The notes under the pieces: model-generated
What the model saw: the letters and a program-made list of their open reading frames with translations, nothing else
The model's database searches: none
Told to the model about the DNA's origin: nothing
Origin: Terracidiphilus sp.
GTDB lineage: Bacteria > Acidobacteriota > Terriglobia > Terriglobales > Acidobacteriaceae
Length of the DNA stretch: 64,000 nucleotides
Assembly: GCA_035508375.1 (NCBI GenBank)
Contig: DATJNF010000052.1
Location: 15,144 to 79,143, forward strand
Reading direction: 5' to 3'
Shown: piece by piece, positions 39,221 through 47,744 of the stretch
How positions within the stretch are numbered: the first letter of the stretch is position 1
Layout: every line of letters begins with the position of its first letter
Translations under genes and position numbers: made by a program

Positions 39221-39670
39221 ATGATCGTAAACGGCTGGAGGCTCTATGCTCACCCTCTGTTCGAGCAGCAGTTCCGGCGCTTGGTCGAGAGAGTGGAATC
39301 TCTGGCTGCAAAGAATCCTCAAAATTACCGCGATGAACCGGCGACCAAACTTCTGGCGACGATCAATCGCTATGTTCGCGAGATCATCCCGCGTGACCCC
39401 AATGCAGCCGAGTTTCGGCAGGGCAATACTCTCGGCGCGGACAATCGCCATTGGTTTCGGGCCAAATTTCACGAGCGATACCGGCTCTTTTTTCGCTTTT
39501 CGAGCAAGGAAAAGGTCATCGTGTATGCGTGGGTAAACGACGAGCATACATTGCGCAAGTCAGGCGCGAAAACCGATCCCTACACCATATTCCGCGCTAT
39601 GCTCGAGGCAGGCGACCCTCCACGCACGATGAAACAATTGTTGTCGCACGCGAAAGAACTGAAACCCTGA
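39221..39670 (+). CDS. yhaV: YhaV-family toxin (RelE-like RNase)
   Basis: Motifs VNGW.LYAHPLF, FRQGNTLG, HWFRAKF..RYRLFFRF and AWVNDE.TLR. Confidence 0.9.
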   Translation: MIVNGWRLYAHPLFEQQFRRLVERVESLAAKNPQNYRDEPATKLLATINRYVREIIPRDPNAAEFRQGNTLGADNRHWFRAKFHERYRLFFRFSSKEKVIVYAWVNDEHTLRKSGAKTDPYTIFRAMLEAGDPPRTMKQLLSHAKELKP

Positions 39671-39749
39671 CCCGCACACGCGCAATGCGATGATTGCAAA
39701 TTGGGGATCAGAGGCAGATCGAACGTTCGAGGTGACGTAGAATTCCACC

Positions 39750-40931
39750 ATGCAACTCGACGCGATCCAGGCCGCTCTTCGCGAGGCTGGTCTTGACGGC
39801 TGGCTCTTTTACGATCATCACCACCGCGATCCCATCGCAGCGCGCATCCTGGGCCTCGATGAAAAGGCGCATATCACGCGCCGCTGGTATTACTTCGTGC
39901 CGGCGACCGGTGAGCCGCGCAAGCTGGTGCACCGTATCGAGCAGGGCCGACTAGGCGCGCTGCCGGGAAGCAAGGGCGTGTATTCCAGCTGGCAGGAACT
40001 GCACGCCGGCCTGCAGGCGATGCTCATGAACGCGCGCCGCATCGCCATGCAGTACTCGCCGAACAACGACATCATGTACATCTCGATGGTCGATGCCGGC
40101 ACGGTCGAGTTCCTGCGGAGCCTGGGCAAGCAGATTGTCACCTCCGCGGATCTGGTCAGCCAGTTTGAAGCGGTGCTGAATGAAGAGCAGGTCGCCAGCC
40201 ACAGCGCGGCCCAGCGCGCCATTGATGCGATTCTTGCGGAGGGATGGAAGGAGATCGGCCGGCGTCTGCGGCCCGAAGGCGGCGGCAGCGGCTCCCTCTC
40301 TGAATTTGACACGGTTACATGGCTCAGCGAGGCCATGCGCCGCGAAGGCCTCGTCTGGGAGAACGGGCCCAATGTCAGCGTGAATGCGAACAGCTCCGAC
40401 TCACACTATGAGCCGACAGGGGAGAGATCATCGCCGATCCGCGAAGGCGATTTCGTACTCATTGATATCTGGGGGCGTCTCGATAAGCCCCACACCATTT
40501 TTTACGACATCACCTGGACCGGCGTCGTGGGCCGCGAGCCTTCTGAGCGCGAGCGACTTGTCTTCACAACTGTGCGCGACGCCCGCGACGCGGCCATCGC
40601 CGCCGTCGAATCGGCCTTCGCGGAAGGCCGCACGATCTGCGGCTTCGAAGCCGATGATGCCGCCCGCGGCGTGATCCGTGCTGCCGGCTTCGGCGGCTTT
40701 TTCACGCACCGCACCGGCCACAACATCGCGCAGGAATTGCACGGCAACGGCGCGCACCTCGATAACCTGGAGACACACGACCAGCGCCGCATCCTGCCGC
40801 ACACCTGTTTTTCCGTGGAGCCGGGGATCTATCTGCCGGAGTTCGGCGTCCGCAGCGAAGTCAACATGATAACCGCGCCCGGCAAGGCCTGGGTTACGGG
40901 AGCGATTCAGCGCGAGCTGGTCAGGATTTAG
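39750..40931 (+). CDS. M24-family metallopeptidase (Xaa-Pro peptidase-like)
   Basis: Motifs SHYEP, LIDIW, YDITW, FTHRTGH, SVEPGIY and GVRSE. Confidence 0.88.
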   Translation: MQLDAIQAALREAGLDGWLFYDHHHRDPIAARILGLDEKAHITRRWYYFVPATGEPRKLVHRIEQGRLGALPGSKGVYSSWQELHAGLQAMLMNARRIAMQYSPNNDIMYISMVDAGTVEFLRSLGKQIVTSADLVSQFEAVLNEEQVASHSAAQRAIDAILAEGWKEIGRRLRPEGGGSGSLSEFDTVTWLSEAMRREGLVWENGPNVSVNANSSDSHYEPTGERSSPIREGDFVLIDIWGRLDKPHTIFYDITWTGVVGREPSERERLVFTTVRDARDAAIAAVESAFAEGRTICGFEADDAARGVIRAAGFGGFFTHRTGHNIAQELHGNGAHLDNLETHDQRRILPHTCFSVEPGIYLPEFGVRSEVNMITAPGKAWVTGAIQRELVRI

Positions 40932-41018
40932 AGTTGGCTTGAGCCCGACTCGTGCATCCATGCGTCAGTAAGCAGACGCGGTCTACAGCACGTCCATTAA
41001 GTCGAGGAATCCTGCGCG

Positions 41019-42284
41019 ATGAAACGAGCGATGCTCTTTTTCCTTCTGCTGACTACGGGCCTTACGGCGCAGACCGTTCCTCTTGCCACAGATTTACCCA
41101 GTCATCCCTTCTTCATCAGGAATACATGGTTCATCGGCGGGGTCGGCAACTGGGATTACCTGACGATGGATGCGCAGGCCGGGCGGCTGTACATTGCGCA
41201 CGGAACTGCCGTGCAGGTCGTCGATGTCGGCTCGGGCAATCAGGTGGGCACGATTCAGGGCTTGTATGAAGCCCGCCAGGTCACGCTTGATGATACCGGC
41301 GAGGTCGGTTACGTAAGCGACGGGGGCCAGGGCAAGGTGTTCGTCTTTGACCGGCAGACGCTGAAGAAGACCGGGGAGATCGACACCGGCGCCAATTCCC
41401 GCTCGCTGGTTTACGATTCGCTCACCAAGCTGCTCTTTGTGGTGCGCGCCAACCCGCCGGCGGAAGCTCCTACCCGGGCGGAAGAGCGCAGACGCCCGCC
41501 AGCGCGCGAAGGCCCAGCCGCCGAGGTCACCACCACCTCGAAAGTGACAGTTGTCGACACGCAATCCGAGGCCGTGATCGGTGAGATTACCCTCCCGGGA
41601 CTGCTGGGTTTTGCCGTGGTCGACAACAGCGATCAGGTCTATGTTGCATCGACGGATCGCAGCGAGGTCTTCCGCTTCGATGCGCAGGCTGTGTCCAACC
41701 TCATGCATCCACCACTGGAAAGGGCCAGCGCCTCCGCAGGCAAAGCCGCCGCTGTGCCGTCAGGCGAGCAGGCTGCTGCTCCGATCAGCCTCGACTGGAC
41801 GGGCGACCAGCATGCGCAGAATCCAGCTGAAGGCCATCTACGCGTCTTCCGTCTGGACCCGGAGTGCGCCGATCCCCGCAGCTTGGCCATTGACAACGCG
41901 CACCTGCGCCTCTTTGCCGCCTGCGATAACCGCAGGCTGATTGTGTTGAACACCGGCACGGGCGACAAGGTGACTTCGCTGTCCATCGGTCCCGGCGTGG
42001 ATGCGGTCGGCTACGACGCAGAGCATGGGCTGATCTTCACGGCCAACGGTGGCGCGGAAGGCAGCATGACGATCATCCGGCAGGATGTGACCGACACCTA
42101 CGCGGTCATCCAGACGCTTCCCACCCGCCAGCGAGCCAGCACCCTGGCGGTCGATCCCACAACAGGTGCCGTTTACCTGGTGACGGATTATCTTGGCGTC
42201 GACCTCAACCGTCCGGGCGGCATCGGGACGCTTGTGCAGAGGCCGGTCACCGGCAGCTTTCAGGTGTTGAAGATCTCGAATTGA
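41019..42284 (+). CDS. Secreted YncE-like beta-propeller protein
   Basis: Signal peptide, GGVGNWDYLT, repeated beta-strand blades, LFAAC and IGPGVDAVGYD. Confidence 0.75.
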   Translation: MKRAMLFFLLLTTGLTAQTVPLATDLPSHPFFIRNTWFIGGVGNWDYLTMDAQAGRLYIAHGTAVQVVDVGSGNQVGTIQGLYEARQVTLDDTGEVGYVSDGGQGKVFVFDRQTLKKTGEIDTGANSRSLVYDSLTKLLFVVRANPPAEAPTRAEERRRPPAREGPAAEVTTTSKVTVVDTQSEAVIGEITLPGLLGFAVVDNSDQVYVASTDRSEVFRFDAQAVSNLMHPPLERASASAGKAAAVPSGEQAAAPISLDWTGDQHAQNPAEGHLRVFRLDPECADPRSLAIDNAHLRLFAACDNRRLIVLNTGTGDKVTSLSIGPGVDAVGYDAEHGLIFTANGGAEGSMTIIRQDVTDTYAVIQTLPTRQRASTLAVDPTTGAVYLVTDYLGVDLNRPGGIGTLVQRPVTGSFQVLKISN

Positions 42285-42302
42285 TTGAGCTGGGGCGCTG
42301 AC

Positions 42303-43064
42303 TCAGGGCTGATGCGCTGGCCCGGCGACGCGGTGATCAATGATCCGATAATCGGAAGGCACCTTGAAATAACCGGGATCCGCGACCGAACGCGAGATAT
42401 TCGCAAGCCAGAGCGTCTGGTCGCCATCGCGGGGATCGTGCCGCACCACTTTGACATTGACGCCCAGATCCGGCGAATACCAGTAATCGACTACACGAAG
42501 AATTGTCTTTGTATTCCCGATGCTTTGTTTGTAAAACGTGAAGGTCTCGCGCGTCCGTTGCACGTCGAGGCCTTCGAAGGTGTCGGTTCCCAGGTTTTCG
42601 CGGGTCAGAAAGGAAATTCCATCCGGCTGCAGCCCAGCCGGGCGCAGCGGCTGGTTGACCGGCTCGTAATAGGGAAACAGATTGCAGACCTTGGCGTAGG
42701 GACTGCAGTTATACAGTGTGTGCTCGAGCGGGTCGCTGTATACGTTCATTTGAACGACGGATTGCTGCTTGCCGTCGTCCGGCACCGGGATGAAGCTGCG
42801 CCGCTCCTGAAAGATGCGGCCTTCCATGTCGCGAGTCACTACGCGCTCATTTTGCGTAGTCACGGTGGACCCGTCGGGAAGGACTTGCACCCAGGTGGTC
42901 TTGGCGACGGCCATAAACGGAGCATTTGGCTTGGGAGGAAAATCAAGCGGCGCAATATATTTCTGCGCGCGAAAATCGGGTGCGTGTGCGGGCTCCTGGG
43001 CAGCCAAAGTCAGCGCGGCCATGGCAATCAGAACAGCAAAGGCAGACTTTGTCACTCCAGGCAT
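42303..43064 (-). CDS. Hypothetical secreted protein
   Basis: Signal peptide, APF.A..T...DG...RDMEGR and WYSPDL motifs. Confidence 0.7.
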   Translation of the reverse strand: MPGVTKSAFAVLIAMAALTLAAQEPAHAPDFRAQKYIAPLDFPPKPNAPFMAVAKTTWVQVLPDGSTVTTQNERVVTRDMEGRIFQERRSFIPVPDDGKQQSVVQMNVYSDPLEHTLYNCSPYAKVCNLFPYYEPVNQPLRPAGLQPDGISFLTRENLGTDTFEGLDVQRTRETFTFYKQSIGNTKTILRVVDYWYSPDLGVNVKVVRHDPRDGDQTLWLANISRSVADPGYFKVPSDYRIIDHRVAGPAHQP

Positions 43065-43340
43065 GGCGGATCACTTCCCTTGTAAAGATGGCCTCGGAGC
43101 CATATAAATCTCGTTTCTTCGCATTCTGGGTTAGGGGATAGCCCGCTGTCACGTAAATTCCTCGGTAAATCGATCCAACCGGTTTGCGGGGCCGGCGACA
43201 GAATTAAAGTTGGCACCCTGGCCTTGGTGGCGCATCGGATGAATGGCGAATACCAAACCCACCCTGGAACCTGAAGCAGATTGCGCACATCTCTGGTTCC
43301 ACCACGACCCCACCACCGCACACCCGATGGAGGTAAGACC

Positions 43341-44303
43341 ATGCCTTTGCCAAACGATGAACGAATCGTTGCGTTAGCCAACGATCTCTTGCAGCAATTC
43401 GACCAGCTTTTTGGGCTGCACCCTGGTTTCCGCGCCGCGCACGCCAAGGGTACCCTGCTGACGGGAAGCTTTACACCCTCTGCTGGCGCGCAGGAACTCA
43501 CCCGAGCGCTGCATGTCACGCGGGATCGCACACCGGTAACCGTTCGCTTCTCCAACTCTACCGGCTTGCCTGAGATCCCGGACTTCGCGCCCGAGGCGAA
43601 TCCGCGTGGGATGGCGATCCGCTTCAACCTCGCCGACCACGTACATACCGACATCGTGAGCCACTCCACCAACGGTTTCCCCGCCCGCGACGGCGCGGAG
43701 TTTCTCGCCCTGCTGAAGGCGATCGCCGCCAGCGGGCCGGATGTACCTTCGCCCAAGCCGGTCGAGGTCTTTCTCGGATCGCATCCTGCGGCCTTGGCCT
43801 TTGTGCAGGCGCCCAAACCATTTCCTTCGAGCCTGGCACGCGATACCTACTTCGCGGTGACGGCTTATGCCTTCACGAACGCGTCCGGCGAGAAGAAGTT
43901 TGGCCGCTACCGCATCGTTCCCGAACTCGGCAATGACTACCTGACCGACGCCCAGGTGGCTGCGCTCGCGCCCGACTACCATTTCGGCGAGATCGAAGGA
44001 CGGGTAAGGAAGGGTGGCGCCCGTTTCAAGGTTCTCGTGCAAGTAGCTGCTCCCGGCGATGTGACCGACGACGCCACGGTGCATTGGCCCGAAAGCCGCC
44101 CGATTGTCGAGCTCGGGGCCATCGAATTGACGGGTGTCGCCAAGGACAATCCGGCCGAGCAGAAGCAGATCATCTTCGACCCCATCCCTCGCGTCGACGG
44201 CATCGAGCCCTCGGCCGATCCGCTGCTGGAATTGCGCGCTGCAATCTACCTGCTGAGCGGACGCCGTCGGCGGGCAGCCAAGCTGGAAGAGGTGGTCGCG
44301 TAG
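43341..44303 (+). CDS. Catalase-related peroxidase (SrpA-like), cytoplasmic
   Basis: RAAHAKG distal His, VRFS, RGMAIRF and DPLL..RAAIY..S..RR proximal Tyr; GGAGG SD. Confidence 0.88.
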   Translation: MPLPNDERIVALANDLLQQFDQLFGLHPGFRAAHAKGTLLTGSFTPSAGAQELTRALHVTRDRTPVTVRFSNSTGLPEIPDFAPEANPRGMAIRFNLADHVHTDIVSHSTNGFPARDGAEFLALLKAIAASGPDVPSPKPVEVFLGSHPAALAFVQAPKPFPSSLARDTYFAVTAYAFTNASGEKKFGRYRIVPELGNDYLTDAQVAALAPDYHFGEIEGRVRKGGARFKVLVQVAAPGDVTDDATVHWPESRPIVELGAIELTGVAKDNPAEQKQIIFDPIPRVDGIEPSADPLLELRAAIYLLSGRRRRAAKLEEVVA

Positions 44304-44344
44304 GAACACGCGAATCCCGAGGTTCCTGCCACCCCGTCGTCCTG

Positions 44345-44533
44345 CTAGGCCGGAATAGGCTCAGGCAGCGGTGGCGGGGCGGGATCGGGCGAGGGGTCCG
44401 GCAACGGGGGCTCCGTCTCCGGGCCTGGTGTCGGGTGGGGTCTTGGCGGAGAAACCGGAGGGACGGCAGGGGGGAGCGTCACCGGTGGGCCTGGCTTTTC
44501 AATCAATTGGAGAGAGTCGGCAAAACTGGGCAT
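44345..44533 (-). CDS. Putative small proline-rich protein
   Basis: 62 aa, very Pro-rich (PDPSPDPAPPPLPEPIPA), in an otherwise empty gap; no clear SD. Confidence 0.35.
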   Translation of the reverse strand: MPSFADSLQLIEKPGPPVTLPPAVPPVSPPRPHPTPGPETEPPLPDPSPDPAPPPLPEPIPA

Positions 44534-44720
44534 TTGGCATTGGATGCGATCGGCCGAGATAAAAGCCAGTCCGTGCCGCGCCGGTCTTTCTATTTGGGCC
44601 GAAGACCGTCCAATGGATATGCAAATCTGCGCCCCGGGCGCTCCGCAGTTCTTTGCAGGTTGGCCCCGGTGCCGTCCCGCCGGTACAATGGAGTTCTACG
44701 CTTAGAGCAACAAGGGATAC

Positions 44721-45767
44721 GTGATTTTCTTGAGAATGTTGGAGCAACTGCACGTGAGAGGCATGAACCGCCGCGGTGTGCGGCTTGAATGGTTTGCGGG
44801 ACTCGGCATGGCGCTGGCAGCAGCGGTTTTGCCGGTATCCGCTGCAGCCGGAACCGTTGCGACAGAGACTACCCTGAACGTGAACACCAGTAACCAGTCC
44901 GGCCGCACCATGGCCACAGTCACGGTCAACGTGGCGGACGAATACGGTTTGCCGGCAGCCGGAGCTGTGAACATCAACGACGGCGACCGCACGTTGGCAG
45001 AAGTTGCTCTGAACGGATCAGGGCAGGCGACCACCACCGTGAGTTTGCCCGGCGGTGCGCACGAGTTGCAAGCCGTCTACACGGGTGACCCGACCCACAT
45101 CGCCTCGACTTCGGCAATTACGGAGGCCACCGGAAATGCGACGGCGGCTCCGAATTTCCAGCTGACACTGACGCCTATCTCACCGTCTTCGGTTCCCGTC
45201 ACGCTGGCGGCGGGCGCTTCCGGAACGGTTGAGGTGACCGTGACACCCGAAAATAACGCAGCGCTGACCTCGCCGATGTTCGTCACGCTGTCCTGTTCGG
45301 GACTTCCCAACCAGGCCTCGTGCACCTTTACGCCGGAGAGCGTCGAAATTCTCGCAAGCACTCCCACAAGCTGCTCTGCGGGTTCGCCTGCATCCAGTTG
45401 TCCGCCCGTGAGCACGATGCTGCTGCAGACGCAGGGTCCGGGCACGGTGGGCCAGACCGCTTCTACTCGGAGGGCCAGTCCGGTTTCCTGGGCATTTCTG
45501 CTCCCCGGCGTCCTGGGACTCAGCGGCCTGGCCTGGGGAACGCGCCGGCGCGCATGGCTGAGCCGGCTCGCGCTGATTGCAATGCTCGGCATGGTAGGCA
45601 CACTGGGTGTTTCGGGCTGCAGCCCGCTCTATCGCTATTACCAGCATGGCCCGGGCAACGTCCCCCCCACACCCGCCGGGACGTATAACGTCACTGTGAC
45701 GGCGCAGTCCAGCAACGGCGTGACCGCCATTACGAACTCAACCAATCTGGTGCTGACCGTGCAGTAA
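44721..45767 (+). CDS. Exported Ig-like domain protein with C-terminal TM hairpin and internal lipobox
   Basis: Signal peptide, Ig-like repeat (LPGGAHELQAVYTGD), LSCSGLP..ASCTFTP, then TM-RRR-TM-VSGC and TPAGTYNVTVTA. Confidence 0.78.
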   Translation: MIFLRMLEQLHVRGMNRRGVRLEWFAGLGMALAAAVLPVSAAAGTVATETTLNVNTSNQSGRTMATVTVNVADEYGLPAAGAVNINDGDRTLAEVALNGSGQATTTVSLPGGAHELQAVYTGDPTHIASTSAITEATGNATAAPNFQLTLTPISPSSVPVTLAAGASGTVEVTVTPENNAALTSPMFVTLSCSGLPNQASCTFTPESVEILASTPTSCSAGSPASSCPPVSTMLLQTQGPGTVGQTASTRRASPVSWAFLLPGVLGLSGLAWGTRRRAWLSRLALIAMLGMVGTLGVSGCSPLYRYYQHGPGNVPPTPAGTYNVTVTAQSSNGVTAITNSTNLVLTVQ

Positions 45768-45772
45768 GAGGC

Positions 45773-47671
45773 ATGAGACGCAGGCATCCGCTTCCCCCTG
45801 AGGTGTACGCACTGGTGGATGCAACGCCGGCGACGGTGCTGCTGGAAGGCGGTATGCCCGGCAGAATCGCCGAGCGGAACACACTTTATGAGGAGCCGTG
45901 GACCCGCCTGTTCACGGCTCCTTTGCGCATCTGCCAAGCGCAGCGTCCGGAAGAGATCCCGATGCTCTTTGCGGAAATTGAAGGTGGGGTGCGCGCGGGT
46001 CATTGCGCGGCGGGATTTTTCTCCTACGAGTGCGGACACTGCTTTGAGGCAAAAGCTCCACTACGCCAAACTGGAGACCATCCGCTAGCGTGGTTCGGAA
46101 TCTACGAGCGCAGCTATCGCTTCGATCATGAAACCGGCCATTTCGTGGACGGCGATCCTCCAGACCTCTCGCAGGAACGCGTCTCGCCTGCAGAATCCGC
46201 ACCTGAGATCACCGCAGAGTTCGCGGTCTCTCCTGGCGACTATGCCGCGCAAATCGCCGCGATCCATGAGTGGATCCGTGCCGGGGACGTCTATCAGCTC
46301 AACTTCACCGCACCATGGCGTGTGAGCCTGCGCGGCAGCGCGGCACGTCTGTATGGAAGGCTGCGAGCCCGCCAACCAGCCATCTATAGCGCTTTTGTCC
46401 ATAGCGGCGAAGGCAGGAAAATCCTCTCCTTTTCACCCGAGTTGTTCTTTCGCATCGAATCGGACGGCAGTGGGCGGCGCATCACCACCAGGCCGATGAA
46501 AGGCACAGCGCCGCGCGGACGAACAACGCGCGAAGATTGCGAGCGCGCCGAGTGGCTTCGCAACGATCCTAAAAACCGTAGCGAAAATGTGATGATCGTC
46601 GATCTGCTGCGCAACGACCTGGGGCGCATCGCAAACTTCGGCAGCGTGCGCGCAGACAGACTCTTCGAGGCCGAACGCTATCCCACGCTGTGGCAGATGA
46701 CGTCGACCGTCAGCGCAACGCTGCGCGACGACGTGACCTTCGAGCAGATCTTCCGCGCGCTCTTTCCCTGCGGCTCCATCACCGGCGCTCCCAAGGTGAG
46801 GGCGATGCAGTTGATCGGGGAGATCGAGAGCGAACCTCGTGGCGTCTACACCGGCGCGATCGGATTTTTTTCGCCGCAGCAGACCATCTTCAATGTGGCC
46901 ATTCGCACGCTGGAATTCGATGGCGTGACAGGAACGATGGGCACAGGCAGCGGCATCGTCATCGACTCCGACCCTGCCGAAGAGTACAGCGAGTGCCTGC
47001 TCAAAGCCTCCTTTCTCACGCAGTCGCCTCCCGAATTCTCGCTGATCGAAACGATGCTTTGGGACGAAGGATTTCCTCTGCTCGAGTTGCATCTGGACCG
47101 GCTCACCGACTCCGCCGCGTACTTCGACTTTCCCTGCGAGCGCGCCGAAGTGCGCGCCGCGCTTGATATGTATGCGCAGAAACTTGCCAATCGCGCAGCG
47201 CGCAAAGTCCGTCTGCTTCTCGATCGCGATGGCGCCATCACAATCACCGATGAAGTACTTGGGGCGGGAGCTCTGCGGGACCGCATGCGCCGCGTCTGCA
47301 TTGCCGCGCGGCGTACAGACCCGGCCGATCCGATGCTCTTCCACAAGACCACCCACCGGCCAATCTATGCAGAGGCTTTCCAGCAAGCGGCGCGTGACGG
47401 CTTCGACGACGTGCTCTTCTTCAATCTGCGCGGGGAACTGACGGAAGGCGCCATCAGCAACGTATTTGTCGTGAAGAATGGCGAATGGCTCACGCCACCC
47501 GTCGAGTGCGGACTGCTCGCCGGCGTCTACCGCCGCCACCTGCTGGAGACACGCGCCGGGATAAAGGAACAGGTGCTGCAGGAGGAAGACGTGCGCAGCG
47601 CGGATGCACTCTACATTGCCAACGCCGTCCGCGGCGTGCGGCGCGTGCAGATCGACGACAGGCGCGGTTGA
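45773..47671 (+). CDS. pabB: Aminodeoxychorismate synthase component I fused to class IV aminotransferase/ADC lyase
   Basis: SPELFF, PMKGT, ENVMIVDLLRND and PCGSITGAPK; C-terminal IET, HLDRL, HKTT and EGAISN. Confidence 0.92.
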   Translation: MRRRHPLPPEVYALVDATPATVLLEGGMPGRIAERNTLYEEPWTRLFTAPLRICQAQRPEEIPMLFAEIEGGVRAGHCAAGFFSYECGHCFEAKAPLRQTGDHPLAWFGIYERSYRFDHETGHFVDGDPPDLSQERVSPAESAPEITAEFAVSPGDYAAQIAAIHEWIRAGDVYQLNFTAPWRVSLRGSAARLYGRLRARQPAIYSAFVHSGEGRKILSFSPELFFRIESDGSGRRITTRPMKGTAPRGRTTREDCERAEWLRNDPKNRSENVMIVDLLRNDLGRIANFGSVRADRLFEAERYPTLWQMTSTVSATLRDDVTFEQIFRALFPCGSITGAPKVRAMQLIGEIESEPRGVYTGAIGFFSPQQTIFNVAIRTLEFDGVTGTMGTGSGIVIDSDPAEEYSECLLKASFLTQSPPEFSLIETMLWDEGFPLLELHLDRLTDSAAYFDFPCERAEVRAALDMYAQKLANRAARKVRLLLDRDGAITITDEVLGAGALRDRMRRVCIAARRTDPADPMLFHKTTHRPIYAEAFQQAARDGFDDVLFFNLRGELTEGAISNVFVVKNGEWLTPPVECGLLAGVYRRHLLETRAGIKEQVLQEEDVRSADALYIANAVRGVRRVQIDDRRG

Positions 47672-47744
47672 CTGGGCGACCTTTCGCCGAATATTTCACC
47701 GAGGGTCTGCTCAAGATGGTACAAAGTTATCGGGAGTTGCGGCC

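Noticed and set aside
45773-47671. PabB-PabC fusion as a novelty
   Set aside because: This fusion is well known in several bacterial groups.
47604-47744. N-terminal extension of GH67 overlapping pabB
   Set aside because: The signal peptide and a GGGAG SD point to a start at about 47745.
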